From assembly GCA_910578305.1 (NCBI GenBank), contig CAJTQH010000005.1:1-57074 (forward strand): DNA of 57,074 nucleotides, read 5' to 3'. The notes below the pieces were generated by a model that saw only the letters and a program-made list of their open reading frames with translations, made no database searches and was not told the origin of the DNA. The first letter of the stretch is position 1; each line of letters opens with the position of its first letter. Shown piece by piece: positions 10,380 through 20,171 of the stretch. The position numbers and the translations under genes are program-made. The stretch is from an uncultured Muribaculaceae bacterium. GTDB taxonomy: Bacteria; Bacteroidota; Bacteroidia; Bacteroidales; Muribaculaceae.

Positions 10380-11042
10380 ATGAATAGTCTGAAAAGGTAT
10401 ATATCAATATTAATTCTCTTTATGCCAGGGATGTTGTTTCCCGCTCACATATCTGCAATGGAGGACGTAATATGTCACCGAGTGGCATTCAACGGCACAC
10501 TGACCTCGTCTTATTCATACTCCGTCGAAGCTTCGTACCACTATATGTTGTGCAAGTATGTCGGGATCGGAGGTGCGTTCGGTCATTGGGCTAATTATTA
10601 TGACGACGGATGGGCATCAGGCAGTAACTGGAATATAGATGAGGATGATAATAAGCCGTCCAACTTATATCTCCGTCCGTCGGTAGTTCTGAAAACTCCG
10701 GCTATAAAGTACCGTGCATCTTCGTGGTCACTTTTGGCCGAGCCGGGAGTAATGCTGAATATCCCATATCAACGTGTATGCATAGAATCCACATCCCGAT
10801 GGCCGGTCATCGATTATGAATATATCAGCACCGGCAACGGTCAGTGGCTGGCATTGGAGTTGCGCGTAGGTATAAGTTATGAAAACGGGCCGTGCGGAGT
10901 GAGTGCCGGCTACATGATGTCGAATCTCGATATATTCAGCCAATATCGCCATCTGTCGTATAAAGGGATTTCATTCAGGGATTTCTATCCCAGTAAGCCG
11001 TTTATGCAGGGTGCATATCTGTCATTGTCGTACAATTTTTGA
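10380..11042 (+). CDS. Small outer membrane beta-barrel protein, hypothetical
   Basis: Signal peptide after ATG 10380; alternating strands; ends LSLSYNF. Confidence 0.65.
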   Translation: MNSLKRYISILILFMPGMLFPAHISAMEDVICHRVAFNGTLTSSYSYSVEASYHYMLCKYVGIGGAFGHWANYYDDGWASGSNWNIDEDDNKPSNLYLRPSVVLKTPAIKYRASSWSLLAEPGVMLNIPYQRVCIESTSRWPVIDYEYISTGNGQWLALELRVGISYENGPCGVSAGYMMSNLDIFSQYRHLSYKGISFRDFYPSKPFMQGAYLSLSYNF

Positions 11043-11143
11043 CAACAATGCGATGCAATGCAATGCACTCTATGAGTACCGTCAGTCAGGAATTAATCTC
11101 AGGATTAATTCGTAAATTTGCACAGGATAAGACATCATCTCTA

Positions 11144-12793
11144 ATGAAATATATTTCAGATATTCTGGCTGCTGTATTTGCTTTGGTGTTTATGCTGTCG
11201 TGCGGCAATAACGATAACGACAGATTGGTTCAAGCCATGCAGGTTCTTGAGGAACGTCCCGACAGCGCCTATTTACTTCTTAAAGAAGTTGATTACAACT
11301 TGCTTGGTAATGACAGGGATAAAGCAGACTATGCACTTGCGCATGCACGGGCTAATATGTATATGGGGCGTTCGCTTGTTGCTGATACGTTGCTTAACCG
11401 ATCGATGGTGTATTTTAAAAACGCATGCGATACAGTGTCATATATTGAAGCAGTCATAGCGCAGGCAAGACATCTGCGTTCGTTGGAGAAGAATACTGAG
11501 GCTTACGATCTGATAGATTCACTCCTTACGGAAATGCCTGAAGATATACGACTAACGCTTAATCAGGAGTTGTTGGGCTTTTCTTTTGCCGACAAGGACT
11601 TTCGGAAATCGTTGAAATTAATAGACCGTCAGATAGATTTGGCTGATAATGATGCCGAACGATTTAACTTTGAAATTAAGAAAATCACACCACTGATCTC
11701 TTTAGGGCGTAGTGCTGATGCCGTGGCTCTTTGTGATTCTCTCTTTACCGTGGCTAATTCTCCGAAAGAAGGATCTGATGAATGGCTGTATCTGCGAATT
11801 AATTACGCTGCCGCACTTGGCGAAAGAAGGGAAACTGCAGCGAAAGCATCAGCGATTCTTGAGGACATTATAGCTCGGATGGGTAATGCACCGGCATCGA
11901 AATTGATTGAGTTGTACATACCGATGGTTAACCTCAATATGAATGCCGGCAATCTGAGCGAGGCTGAAAAGTATCTCGGACTGATTGAGAAAACCGGAAT
12001 CGACATTGCGCAATTGGATGCCGTTGCTTCTTCTTACCTTGATATTTTGAAGATAACATTAGACTATGAAAAGAATGGAGCGTTGTCACTCAGCCGGATA
12101 TCCAATGTCGCCCAGTCATTACGAAAAGTAAGCAAGGATCTTGAGACAAAGAGACAGGAGCGCGACGATGCGTTGGAATCAGCCTATGATCTGAGCAGAG
12201 CCAATTATGAATTGACCATAAGACATCAGAGAATGTGGCTGATCATCATACTTATTGCGTTTGTAAGTATGGCCGGGATATCGTTTTTCTGGTACTTGTC
12301 GGGCCGACGTCGCAATAAACTTATGGAAGCGGAAGAACGTATCGATACATTGGAGGAACTGTTGAAATCGGCAAATAATCCTGCCACAGATAAAAAACAG
12401 GGATTGCTTAAACGACTTCTCTTGCAACAGCTCGGAATTATTAAAACATTTGCTGAGGCTCCCACTACACAGAATCAGGAAGCCTTGCGTAAGATTAGTA
12501 ATATAGGCAATTCAGACACTCCTATTGACAGCCTTGTGAAATGGGACGATTTGTATCCGGTCATAGATGAGTTGTATGATGGTTTTCACGAAAATCTTTT
12601 GTTCAGATATTCGGGGCTGTTTACTGAAAGAGAGATTCAGATAATATGTCTGATAAGAGCCGGCTTCTCAACGAAAGAAATAAGTGTACTCTTACAACAG
12701 ACATCCAACTCAATTTATGTTAGCAAAACAGCAATAAGGAAGAAGCTTGGATTGCAGGCAAAAGAAGACTTTATGAATGTATTTACGGCATAA
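11144..12793 (+). CDS. Membrane-spanning one-component regulator (lipobox, TPR-like periplasmic region, TM, LuxR-type HTH) no. 1
   Basis: Start after TAAATTTG (11113-11120); MLSC lipobox; TM near residue 365; FTEREIQIICLIRAGFSTKEIS..IRKKLG. Confidence 0.85.
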   Translation: MKYISDILAAVFALVFMLSCGNNDNDRLVQAMQVLEERPDSAYLLLKEVDYNLLGNDRDKADYALAHARANMYMGRSLVADTLLNRSMVYFKNACDTVSYIEAVIAQARHLRSLEKNTEAYDLIDSLLTEMPEDIRLTLNQELLGFSFADKDFRKSLKLIDRQIDLADNDAERFNFEIKKITPLISLGRSADAVALCDSLFTVANSPKEGSDEWLYLRINYAAALGERRETAAKASAILEDIIARMGNAPASKLIELYIPMVNLNMNAGNLSEAEKYLGLIEKTGIDIAQLDAVASSYLDILKITLDYEKNGALSLSRISNVAQSLRKVSKDLETKRQERDDALESAYDLSRANYELTIRHQRMWLIIILIAFVSMAGISFFWYLSGRRRNKLMEAEERIDTLEELLKSANNPATDKKQGLLKRLLLQQLGIIKTFAEAPTTQNQEALRKISNIGNSDTPIDSLVKWDDLYPVIDELYDGFHENLLFRYSGLFTEREIQIICLIRAGFSTKEISVLLQQTSNSIYVSKTAIRKKLGLQAKEDFMNVFTA

Positions 12794-12813
12794 TTCAACC
12801 CTTGTCGAAAAGC

Positions 12814-12947
12814 TTAAGAGGCAAATTAAGCCATTTAAGACTTTTGACGGTTGAATGCGTTTGGATATCAGTATGTTACATATCATGGATTAAGAGGATT
12901 TTTATACCGATTAAGTAGGCTGGAGCCCTATTTTCAGCCTAATTTTG
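12814..12947 (+). promoter_or_regulatory. Operator/promoter of the gene at 12952
   Basis: TTAAG boxes 12814, 12826, 12835, 12890, 12911; IHF-consensus TATCAGTATGTTA 12866; TAATTTTG 12940. Confidence 0.6.
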
Positions 12948-12951
12948 CAGT

Positions 12952-15042
12952 ATGAAAATTCAAAATCCCAACGATATGAAAAAGTTTAAATTCACACTTG
13001 TAGCAGTATTAAGCATACTGTCGGCACACGCTCAAAAAGAACAGCAGCTTCAAGAGGTGACAGTCGTTGCCTCCCGCACAACAAACAATGCCGAGGGTTA
13101 TACAACCAACCTCAGAGGCACGGACATCGCGAAAGGTAAACCGGCTGTTGATGTTCTCGGTTTCCTTCCCAATATCTCCCGTGAGAACGGTACGTTCAAA
13201 ATCAATGGTCTCTCCGCAAGTGAGATTTACGTTGACGGCGTGAAGCTCTCCGATCTTTCGGAACTGAACAATATTCCCGGAGAGATGATTGACAAGGTAC
13301 AGGTCAAATATCTCGCGGGTGCTGATCAAAACGCAGCCATGAGCGGAGGCTCGATAATGATTACGCTCCGTCGTCCACCCGAAGGCGGATATTACGGCAG
13401 CGTCATGGCCAATGCCGACTGGTATCACTCTTGCGGCTTCGGGAATGAAAGTCTGGGTGGTATGATCAACTACCGTTATAAGAATCTAAGCGTTTACGAC
13501 AATTTATATGTCGGAGGTAAAAAATTAGAAGAAAACTCAGTGCAATGGCTTGATGAACCTGATTTGCATACATACCTCACTGAAACAACTAAATCAAAAG
13601 GCTTTGATTTCCGCAACCGTCTTAGCCTGACTCAGCAGTTTAACTCCGGCGCACAGCTTGGAGGCAGTTACCTTATTGCTACTTCGCGTCCAAGACCCAC
13701 CTCGTTCTCCATGTTTGAAAACTCCATGTCGGCAATAGATAAACGAATAAATACAGTCACACAGGAAGGTACTCTGAAGTTCCAACTCCCTCTCAACAGG
13801 AAAGGGGCGGCAATGGAGCTGACAGCAGACTATCTTAACCGCCGCAGCAATGAGCGTGCGGATTATTCTATGGATAATGATGTTGTCGGCGCAACATACG
13901 ACAAGGATAATCTGAATCTATGGAAATTCAAGGCAGACTTTCTTTATCCCCGCAGTCGCAGATTGTCTTGGAAGTTCGGAGCTTCCGCACAATGGATCTC
14001 CTCAACGTTCACGCCTTCCGCCACTATTGAAAGTGACCGATTCAGTGTAAGTTCCATACCTACAGGTACAAACGGCTTCACTCCAATAGTATATGCCTCT
14101 GCGCAAGGTATGGTCTGGAAACTGCGTTATAGTGCCGGCATAAACTGGCAACTTAATAGAATAGTCTATCATGACAAACAGGCTGACGTAAAGAGTCACA
14201 ATACACAATGGGCGATAAATCCTACCGTTCAGGTAATGATGCCTTTCGGGGCGAGAATGAATCATGCCGTAATGTTGAACTACAAGCGAACATTGAACGA
14301 TATTCCATATACTGCGATTTCATCGGTAGTCAACTGGGATGACCCGTACAATTACACGGTAGGCAATCCAAATCTTAAAGCTCAGTCGGCAGACATGATT
14401 ATGGCAGGTTTGTCTTTGTTCAGGAATAAGGTTAATATCACAGCATTATATGCACATTCTCACGACCGCATATATTGGCAGACATTCCAGAGCGCAGAAA
14501 ATCCGGATGTATTCTATACAAAGCCGGTAAATATCTCCGGTCAGGGAGTATGGGGCTTCGGTGCCGAATGGATAGAATCTCCCGTGAAATGGTGGAAATT
14601 CAAACTTTCAGGCCGCATTGAGATAACGCCGGAAAATACTACCCTCGCAAATATTCATTATGGCAAAACGCGGTTAAAGGAATATTTCTATTTCAACAAC
14701 AATTTCAGGTTTTCCAACGGATGGGGCGGTATGCTCAATGTGAATTTCGAGCCTACATACAAGACCCTCGACCGTACATATCATGCGGTTTACAGCGTCA
14801 ACGGACAAATATATAAGTCATTTCTAAAAGACAATCTTCAGGTTGCTGTTGAATTTACCCCTATTGGTAATCGACGAAAACTTGACAGACAGGTAGGTAT
14901 GAACAAAGTGTCGTATAAGTACACAACGCCTGTCCAGTATGTAGGGCTGTCGCTTACTTGGAACTTTTCAGGAGGCAAACAAGTTGACGTAAACGTAGTG
15001 GATGGCATACAAGACTATCGCGAAACCAAAGACAACAGGTAA
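12952..15042 (+). CDS. Outer membrane beta-barrel protein (TonB-receptor-like)
   Basis: Signal peptide (start may be 12976), QLQEVTVVA, VLGFLPNI plug, GNPNLKA motif. Confidence 0.8.
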   Translation: MKIQNPNDMKKFKFTLVAVLSILSAHAQKEQQLQEVTVVASRTTNNAEGYTTNLRGTDIAKGKPAVDVLGFLPNISRENGTFKINGLSASEIYVDGVKLSDLSELNNIPGEMIDKVQVKYLAGADQNAAMSGGSIMITLRRPPEGGYYGSVMANADWYHSCGFGNESLGGMINYRYKNLSVYDNLYVGGKKLEENSVQWLDEPDLHTYLTETTKSKGFDFRNRLSLTQQFNSGAQLGGSYLIATSRPRPTSFSMFENSMSAIDKRINTVTQEGTLKFQLPLNRKGAAMELTADYLNRRSNERADYSMDNDVVGATYDKDNLNLWKFKADFLYPRSRRLSWKFGASAQWISSTFTPSATIESDRFSVSSIPTGTNGFTPIVYASAQGMVWKLRYSAGINWQLNRIVYHDKQADVKSHNTQWAINPTVQVMMPFGARMNHAVMLNYKRTLNDIPYTAISSVVNWDDPYNYTVGNPNLKAQSADMIMAGLSLFRNKVNITALYAHSHDRIYWQTFQSAENPDVFYTKPVNISGQGVWGFGAEWIESPVKWWKFKLSGRIEITPENTTLANIHYGKTRLKEYFYFNNNFRFSNGWGGMLNVNFEPTYKTLDRTYHAVYSVNGQIYKSFLKDNLQVAVEFTPIGNRRKLDRQVGMNKVSYKYTTPVQYVGLSLTWNFSGGKQVDVNVVDGIQDYRETKDNR

Positions 15043-15082
15043 TAATATAAAGAAAAACAGGAGCATACCGCTTATTGCAATC

Positions 15083-15109
15083 AAGTTCCCGGCAGTGATG
15101 CCGGGGCTT
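15083..15109. terminator. CCCGGCA-GTGA-TGCCGGG hairpin (copy 1 of 3)
   Basis: GC-rich stem with GNRA tetraloop between modules. Confidence 0.6.
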
Positions 15110-15161
15110 AAATTTTATTGATTAGTAATAATGTCTGAAATTTTATTGCTAATTTTGCATC

Positions 15162-16145
15162 ATGCGTAATTTGCTATACATAGTGCTTCTGATAGTAGTG
15201 ACGGGCTGTGGATTTTCGTCAGTACAGACGAAAGCACTTGATGAAGCGCAGCGTGTGTTGCCTGATGACCCGTCAGCAGCTCTTTCCATGCTCAACGATG
15301 TTGATGTCTCGGAATTTCAAGACTCTGCGACAATGGCACGGTGGGCTCTCTTATATAGTGAGGCAATGGCGGCAAACAGGATTTCGGCGCCTACCGATAC
15401 CATAGTAAACATAGCCATCGACTATTATGGCCGACATAATCATGCAGATGAATATCACAAAGCTACGACTCTGAAAACGCTTATATGTTCATCGGGCGAT
15501 TCGGATGCCCTTGCCACGGCTTTGTATATCCAGAAAGAAAAGGAGTTTCTGCTATATAAAGAGCGGGTAAATCGCCGGGTGTATATGTTTGTAGGGATTG
15601 TGATACTTTTTGTGGCAGTTGCGACAATAATATGGATGCGTCAGCGCATGAAGTTGCAGTCATTACAGAACGAGACTCTTATGGCAGAGGCATCCGGTTT
15701 AAAAAATCGGATTGATGCGAGCCGTGGTGATGTTGACAGACTGGAAGATAAACTGCGAGGATTGCTTGAAACTCGTTTTGCGCTCATAGATTCGCTATGT
15801 CAGACTTACTATGAGTCGCAGGGCACAAAGACGGAGCGAAAAGCTTTGGTCAACAAGGTGAAATGTGAAATCGAATCGGTACGAACCGACTCGTTCCATG
15901 AGATGGAGCAGGTGGTAAATGACTGCTGTGGCAATCTTCTCGTGAAGGTCAGGGGCAACTATCCGGATATGAAACCGGAGGAATATCAGTTGCTGGTGTA
16001 TCTTGCAAGCCGGCTTTCTACTCGCACTATAAGCCTGCTTATCGGCGAATCGGTCGATGTGGTGTATAAGCGCAAATCTCGACTGAAATCCCGTATGCGG
16101 GAGTTGGTGGCGCCTGCCTGCCCCGATGTAATGGCCGTTTTCTGA
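15162..16145 (+). CDS. Membrane-spanning one-component regulator with C-terminal HTH no. 2 (short periplasmic domain)
   Basis: VTGC lipobox; TM YMFVGIVILFVAVATIIW; C-terminal LSTRTISLL..VYKRKSRLK. Confidence 0.8.
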   Translation: MRNLLYIVLLIVVTGCGFSSVQTKALDEAQRVLPDDPSAALSMLNDVDVSEFQDSATMARWALLYSEAMAANRISAPTDTIVNIAIDYYGRHNHADEYHKATTLKTLICSSGDSDALATALYIQKEKEFLLYKERVNRRVYMFVGIVILFVAVATIIWMRQRMKLQSLQNETLMAEASGLKNRIDASRGDVDRLEDKLRGLLETRFALIDSLCQTYYESQGTKTERKALVNKVKCEIESVRTDSFHEMEQVVNDCCGNLLVKVRGNYPDMKPEEYQLLVYLASRLSTRTISLLIGESVDVVYKRKSRLKSRMRELVAPACPDVMAVF

Positions 16146-16269
16146 CATATTTTGTCAGGTTGTCAGACTTTTTTAGAGGACTTGATGTATTCGGCTTTAT
16201 TTTAGGTTGTTAGCTTGTCTGCTGTCAGGCCGATATTTTGGATTGGAACGGCCTGAGTGAGTAATTTTG
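16142..16269 (+). promoter_or_regulatory. Operator/promoter of the gene at 16287
   Basis: TGTCAG 16153, 16161, 16223; TGTTAG 16208; TGTCTG 16216; TAATTTTG 16262. Confidence 0.55.
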
Positions 16270-16286
16270 CCTCAAAAACAGCTCAC

Positions 16287-18231
16287 ATGAACACAAAAGT
16301 ACTCATCGCAATTATGTCCGTGTTACTTGCCATAGAGATTGGGCGGGCACAGAATCTGGAAATGACAGACAGCCTCACACGCGAGTTGCAGGAAGTAATC
16401 GTGACATCACGGCAACCGGCCACAAAACTTGTCGGCACAACGCTTGTGTCAATTATTCCGGGAACTAATCTCGCTGATATTGGCAATGCCCTCGACGTAC
16501 TCGCGCAATTGCCCATGATAAATGTTCAGGACAATACTGTAAGCATTACAGGCAAGAGTAATGTTGAAATATATATCGACGGCAGGCCGATGCGAGATGA
16601 CCTGGAATTACAGCAGATACTTTCAACGAATCTGAAAAAAGTGGAATTACTCATGGCTCCCGGTTCTGCTTACGAAAGTACAACAGGCGCGGTTCTCAAA
16701 ATCACGACACGGCGTAATTTCGTGAAGGGACTGTCGCTTACCGACCAGTTCCTACTTGAATGCCGCCGCAAATGGTCAGTTATGGATTACCTTGCCCTAA
16801 GTTATCGAGTCGGCAGCTGGGAGTTATTTGCCAACGGAACGATAAGGCACTATAATTCACTGATTAAAGGCACAACCACAAACACGCTTGTATATAACTG
16901 GGAGGAAACGGTTGTCGGTAGCAGTCAAAACATTTCTTCCCCAACGACAACCGGTGTCATAAAGGGCGGCTTTAATTATTCACAGGGAGCACAATCGTTT
17001 GGCGCATATTACCGTTATAATCCCGAACGTGGCGATTTTAACAACTCCGGCTCGGAATGTCTTGACAACAATCCGGCTTTTAGTAGTGTTATTGACAAGC
17101 GTATCAGAGCGCACAGCCATCTTGTGTCACTCTATTATGAAAACACTTTTGCCGACAAGTATCTTCTTCATTTTGACGGCGATTTCCGCAGGTCAAATGA
17201 AAGTAATAATGTCGCAACCACATATCCGGAAACGGCTACCCCTGCCGTTAACTCGACAGATGAACGGGAATCGACCCTTTGGGCTGGAAAACTATATATG
17301 AATTTCCCTCTGTGGAATGGAGAATTTACCGTTGGTACGCAAGACAGTTACACGCAGACTTCTCTTGACTACCGCATGCTGAATACCGACGTAAGCGAAT
17401 ATATCCCATCGTCTTTTACTGATGCCAGGCAGACATCGGCAGCGTTGTTTGCGTCATGGTCGCGTATGTTCGGAAAGTTTTCCCTTTCGGCAGGTGCGAG
17501 ATATGAGTATGGTCAAACCTCCATACTCACAACTTACGGGTTCACTCTATTATACTGGTCTGCACGAAATCGAGGGCGGCAATCCGGGGCTTCGTGATGA
17601 GAGAATGCATGATGTTCAGCTGTTCGGAATGTGGAAAGGCTTCATGCTTCAAGCAGATTACACCCGTTCACTCGACACCTATGCGTTTGTAAAGCAAATA
17701 TATCCTGCCAACAATCTGCAATTACTCATGCACCCTGTAAATATTGACGTTTCAGCTCTCAGTCTATATCTTGTCTGGAGTAAACCTGTGCATCGCTGGA
17801 CGCCAAATGTCACGGTCGGAATGTACCGTCAGTGGCTCGGATTTACCGACACTCGATATGACCGACCCATATTTTCCTATTACTTCGACAATGTGTTTTC
17901 GTTGCCTCACGGATGGATGATAACTGCCAATATCTGCGGACGCACTAAAGGCGACATGCACACCAATCGTTTCGGCACAACGTGGTTTACTATGGATGCT
18001 TCGGTCGGTAAGAAGTTTCTGTCAAAAACATTGGCCGTAAAGTTATCGGCAACAGACATATTCAATACTGCCAACAACGACTGGACTATGAATACCTGCG
18101 GCGTGTTTGTCGATAAGCGTCAGAGTTACGACCATCGTGGTATTTCGCTCAACATCAGCTATAATTTTCAGCCGCGCAAAAGCCATTATAAGGGTGGAGC
18201 AGCGGCAGAATCTGAGATGAATCGGTTGTAG
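16287..18231 (+). pseudogene. Outer membrane beta-barrel gene split by a frameshift at ~17511
   Basis: Frame 1 reads as barrel up to AGARYEY; frame 2 resumes VKPPYSQL..GNPGLR and runs to ISYNF..EMNRL. Confidence 0.8.
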
Positions 18232-18341
18232 CAACCGGTATACGGCAATATAATATATGCGTATTACGGATTTTATATCAAAACCTTTTTGCATATTTGC
18301 ATCACACATAATATGTATATATTTATTGGCAGTATCTTTAT

Positions 18342-19994
18342 ATGAACCGATTGATGCTCACTTTCATCGTTATCTTCCTTGTTTTCGCCGGATGCAATGG
18401 CGGCCGCGAGACTGAAGTGCAGTTGGAATCAGTCGAGGGGCTTATGGCTGAACATCCGGATTCGGCTGTAGCCGTACTGCTTGAACTGGATACGGCCGCT
18501 ATGTCGGAAACGCAGCGGCTACGTCAGGAATTGCTGTATGGTTATGTGCATCTGATACATGGAAGTTTTATCAGGCTTGATTCGGCCAATATTGCGAGAG
18601 TCGATGAGATGATTAGCGGTAAATTCAATCGCGATGAGGTGAAGTGGCTGATACTTAAAGCCTCCAAAGCTAATCAAGAGGGCAATCCGGTAGAGCGTAT
18701 CGGATTGCTGAAAGATGCGGAGTTTCTGGCTGTTCAGATCGACGATAAGTTTGATCTCGGCATAATCTACCTTCAGTTGGCCAATGTCTATGAACAGGGA
18801 TTCAACGGTATGGTAAGCAAATATTATGCCGATAAGGCGGCAGGTATTTTTCGTGAATTGAACTGTCCCACTCTGGTACGTGATGCCCGAATGGCTATTG
18901 TCGGAGCTTATAGCGCCGGTAGAGATTATAAAACAATGCTTGACTCACTATTGGCTATGCAGCCGGAGGTTATGGCCAATGCTTCCGAAAGCTATAAGCG
19001 ATTTTTTCTTGAGCAGCTGGCAAGAAGTTATGACACTGACGGGCAGACCGAGAGAGCCATAACAATCTGGCATTCGCTGTATGACGGTGAGGAGGTCACA
19101 TCCAATATTCTTGCCCATTGGGCTCATGCATATTGGCGTATAAATGAACTTGACAGCGCATATATGCTTATTCAGAAGGCCAACAATCTGCCTCACAATA
19201 ACACCGATGAATATCTTTGTCGCAATGTGGAGCATGATATACTCGAAAAGATGGGCCGTAGACATGATCTTGCGAGGATCGACAGCTTGCGGGAGGTAGC
19301 ATACGGCAAGATATTGGATGATAAAAAGCTGGAAGAGAGCAGTCTGGCACTGAATGTAAAATACGATTCGGCTACAAGACAGGCATGGGTTGAGGCATCG
19401 GAGGCCCGTAACCGCACCAATTTGGCTGTATTGATAGCTGTATTGACGGTTGTAACTGGAGTTGCTGTGTACATATTCCTTAAAAAGCGAAACCGGTTGC
19501 TGAGACTTGAGCATGAAAATGACCTTCTGAAAATTCGGGCAATGCAGGACAATCTTTTTGAAAAAGACCGCATCAATAAGGTTATGTCGGCCGGAATATC
19601 CGAACTTTTTCATACACGTTTCAATTTGCTTGACGGCCTTGCAGCCACATATTTCGAGTGCAAGGATACCGGGCAGGAACAGAAAAGGCTTTATTCAGAC
19701 GTTAAGGCTGCTATATCTAATTTCGGCAGCAAGGAAGCCATACAAGAGTTGACGGATATAGTTAACGGGTATAACGACAATCTCATGGAAAAATTCAGAA
19801 CAGACTTTCCAAAACTTTCTGCATCGCAATACAAACTTGCTTTATATCTGTTCTGCGGGTTCTCGCTGCCATCCATCAGTGTTTTCACCAATACGGAATT
19901 ACGCAACATCTATGTGTATAAATCGCGTCTGAAATCTACAATTTCAAAGAGCGATTCTTCACTGAAAGCTAAATATCTCGAATATTTTGCTTGA
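18342..19994 (+). CDS. Membrane-spanning one-component regulator (TPR-like, TM, HTH) no. 3
   Basis: FAGC lipobox; EHPDSA start; TM; GFSLPSISVF..IYVYKSRLK. Confidence 0.85.
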   Translation: MNRLMLTFIVIFLVFAGCNGGRETEVQLESVEGLMAEHPDSAVAVLLELDTAAMSETQRLRQELLYGYVHLIHGSFIRLDSANIARVDEMISGKFNRDEVKWLILKASKANQEGNPVERIGLLKDAEFLAVQIDDKFDLGIIYLQLANVYEQGFNGMVSKYYADKAAGIFRELNCPTLVRDARMAIVGAYSAGRDYKTMLDSLLAMQPEVMANASESYKRFFLEQLARSYDTDGQTERAITIWHSLYDGEEVTSNILAHWAHAYWRINELDSAYMLIQKANNLPHNNTDEYLCRNVEHDILEKMGRRHDLARIDSLREVAYGKILDDKKLEESSLALNVKYDSATRQAWVEASEARNRTNLAVLIAVLTVVTGVAVYIFLKKRNRLLRLEHENDLLKIRAMQDNLFEKDRINKVMSAGISELFHTRFNLLDGLAATYFECKDTGQEQKRLYSDVKAAISNFGSKEAIQELTDIVNGYNDNLMEKFRTDFPKLSASQYKLALYLFCGFSLPSISVFTNTELRNIYVYKSRLKSTISKSDSSLKAKYLEYFA

Positions 19995-20004
19995 ACGGCC
20001 ATTC

Positions 20005-20113
20005 TGTTAGGCATTGTTAGAAATAATTATCTGCTCATGTTGAATATCAGCATCTTGCACTTGTCTATGTAAGGTGCTGTAATTTGTGCGCATCGCTACT
20101 ATCGGTAAATTTG
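20005..20113 (+). promoter_or_regulatory. Operator/promoter of the M16 peptidase gene
   Basis: TGTTAG 20005/20015, IHF-consensus TATCAGCATCTTG 20045, TGTAAG/TGTAAT 20068/20078, TAAATTTG 20106. Confidence 0.6.
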
Positions 20114-20171
20114 CGTTGCAAAATCCGTCATATTATTCACTATATGGCTCGGAGTAATCTAAAAACACAAT

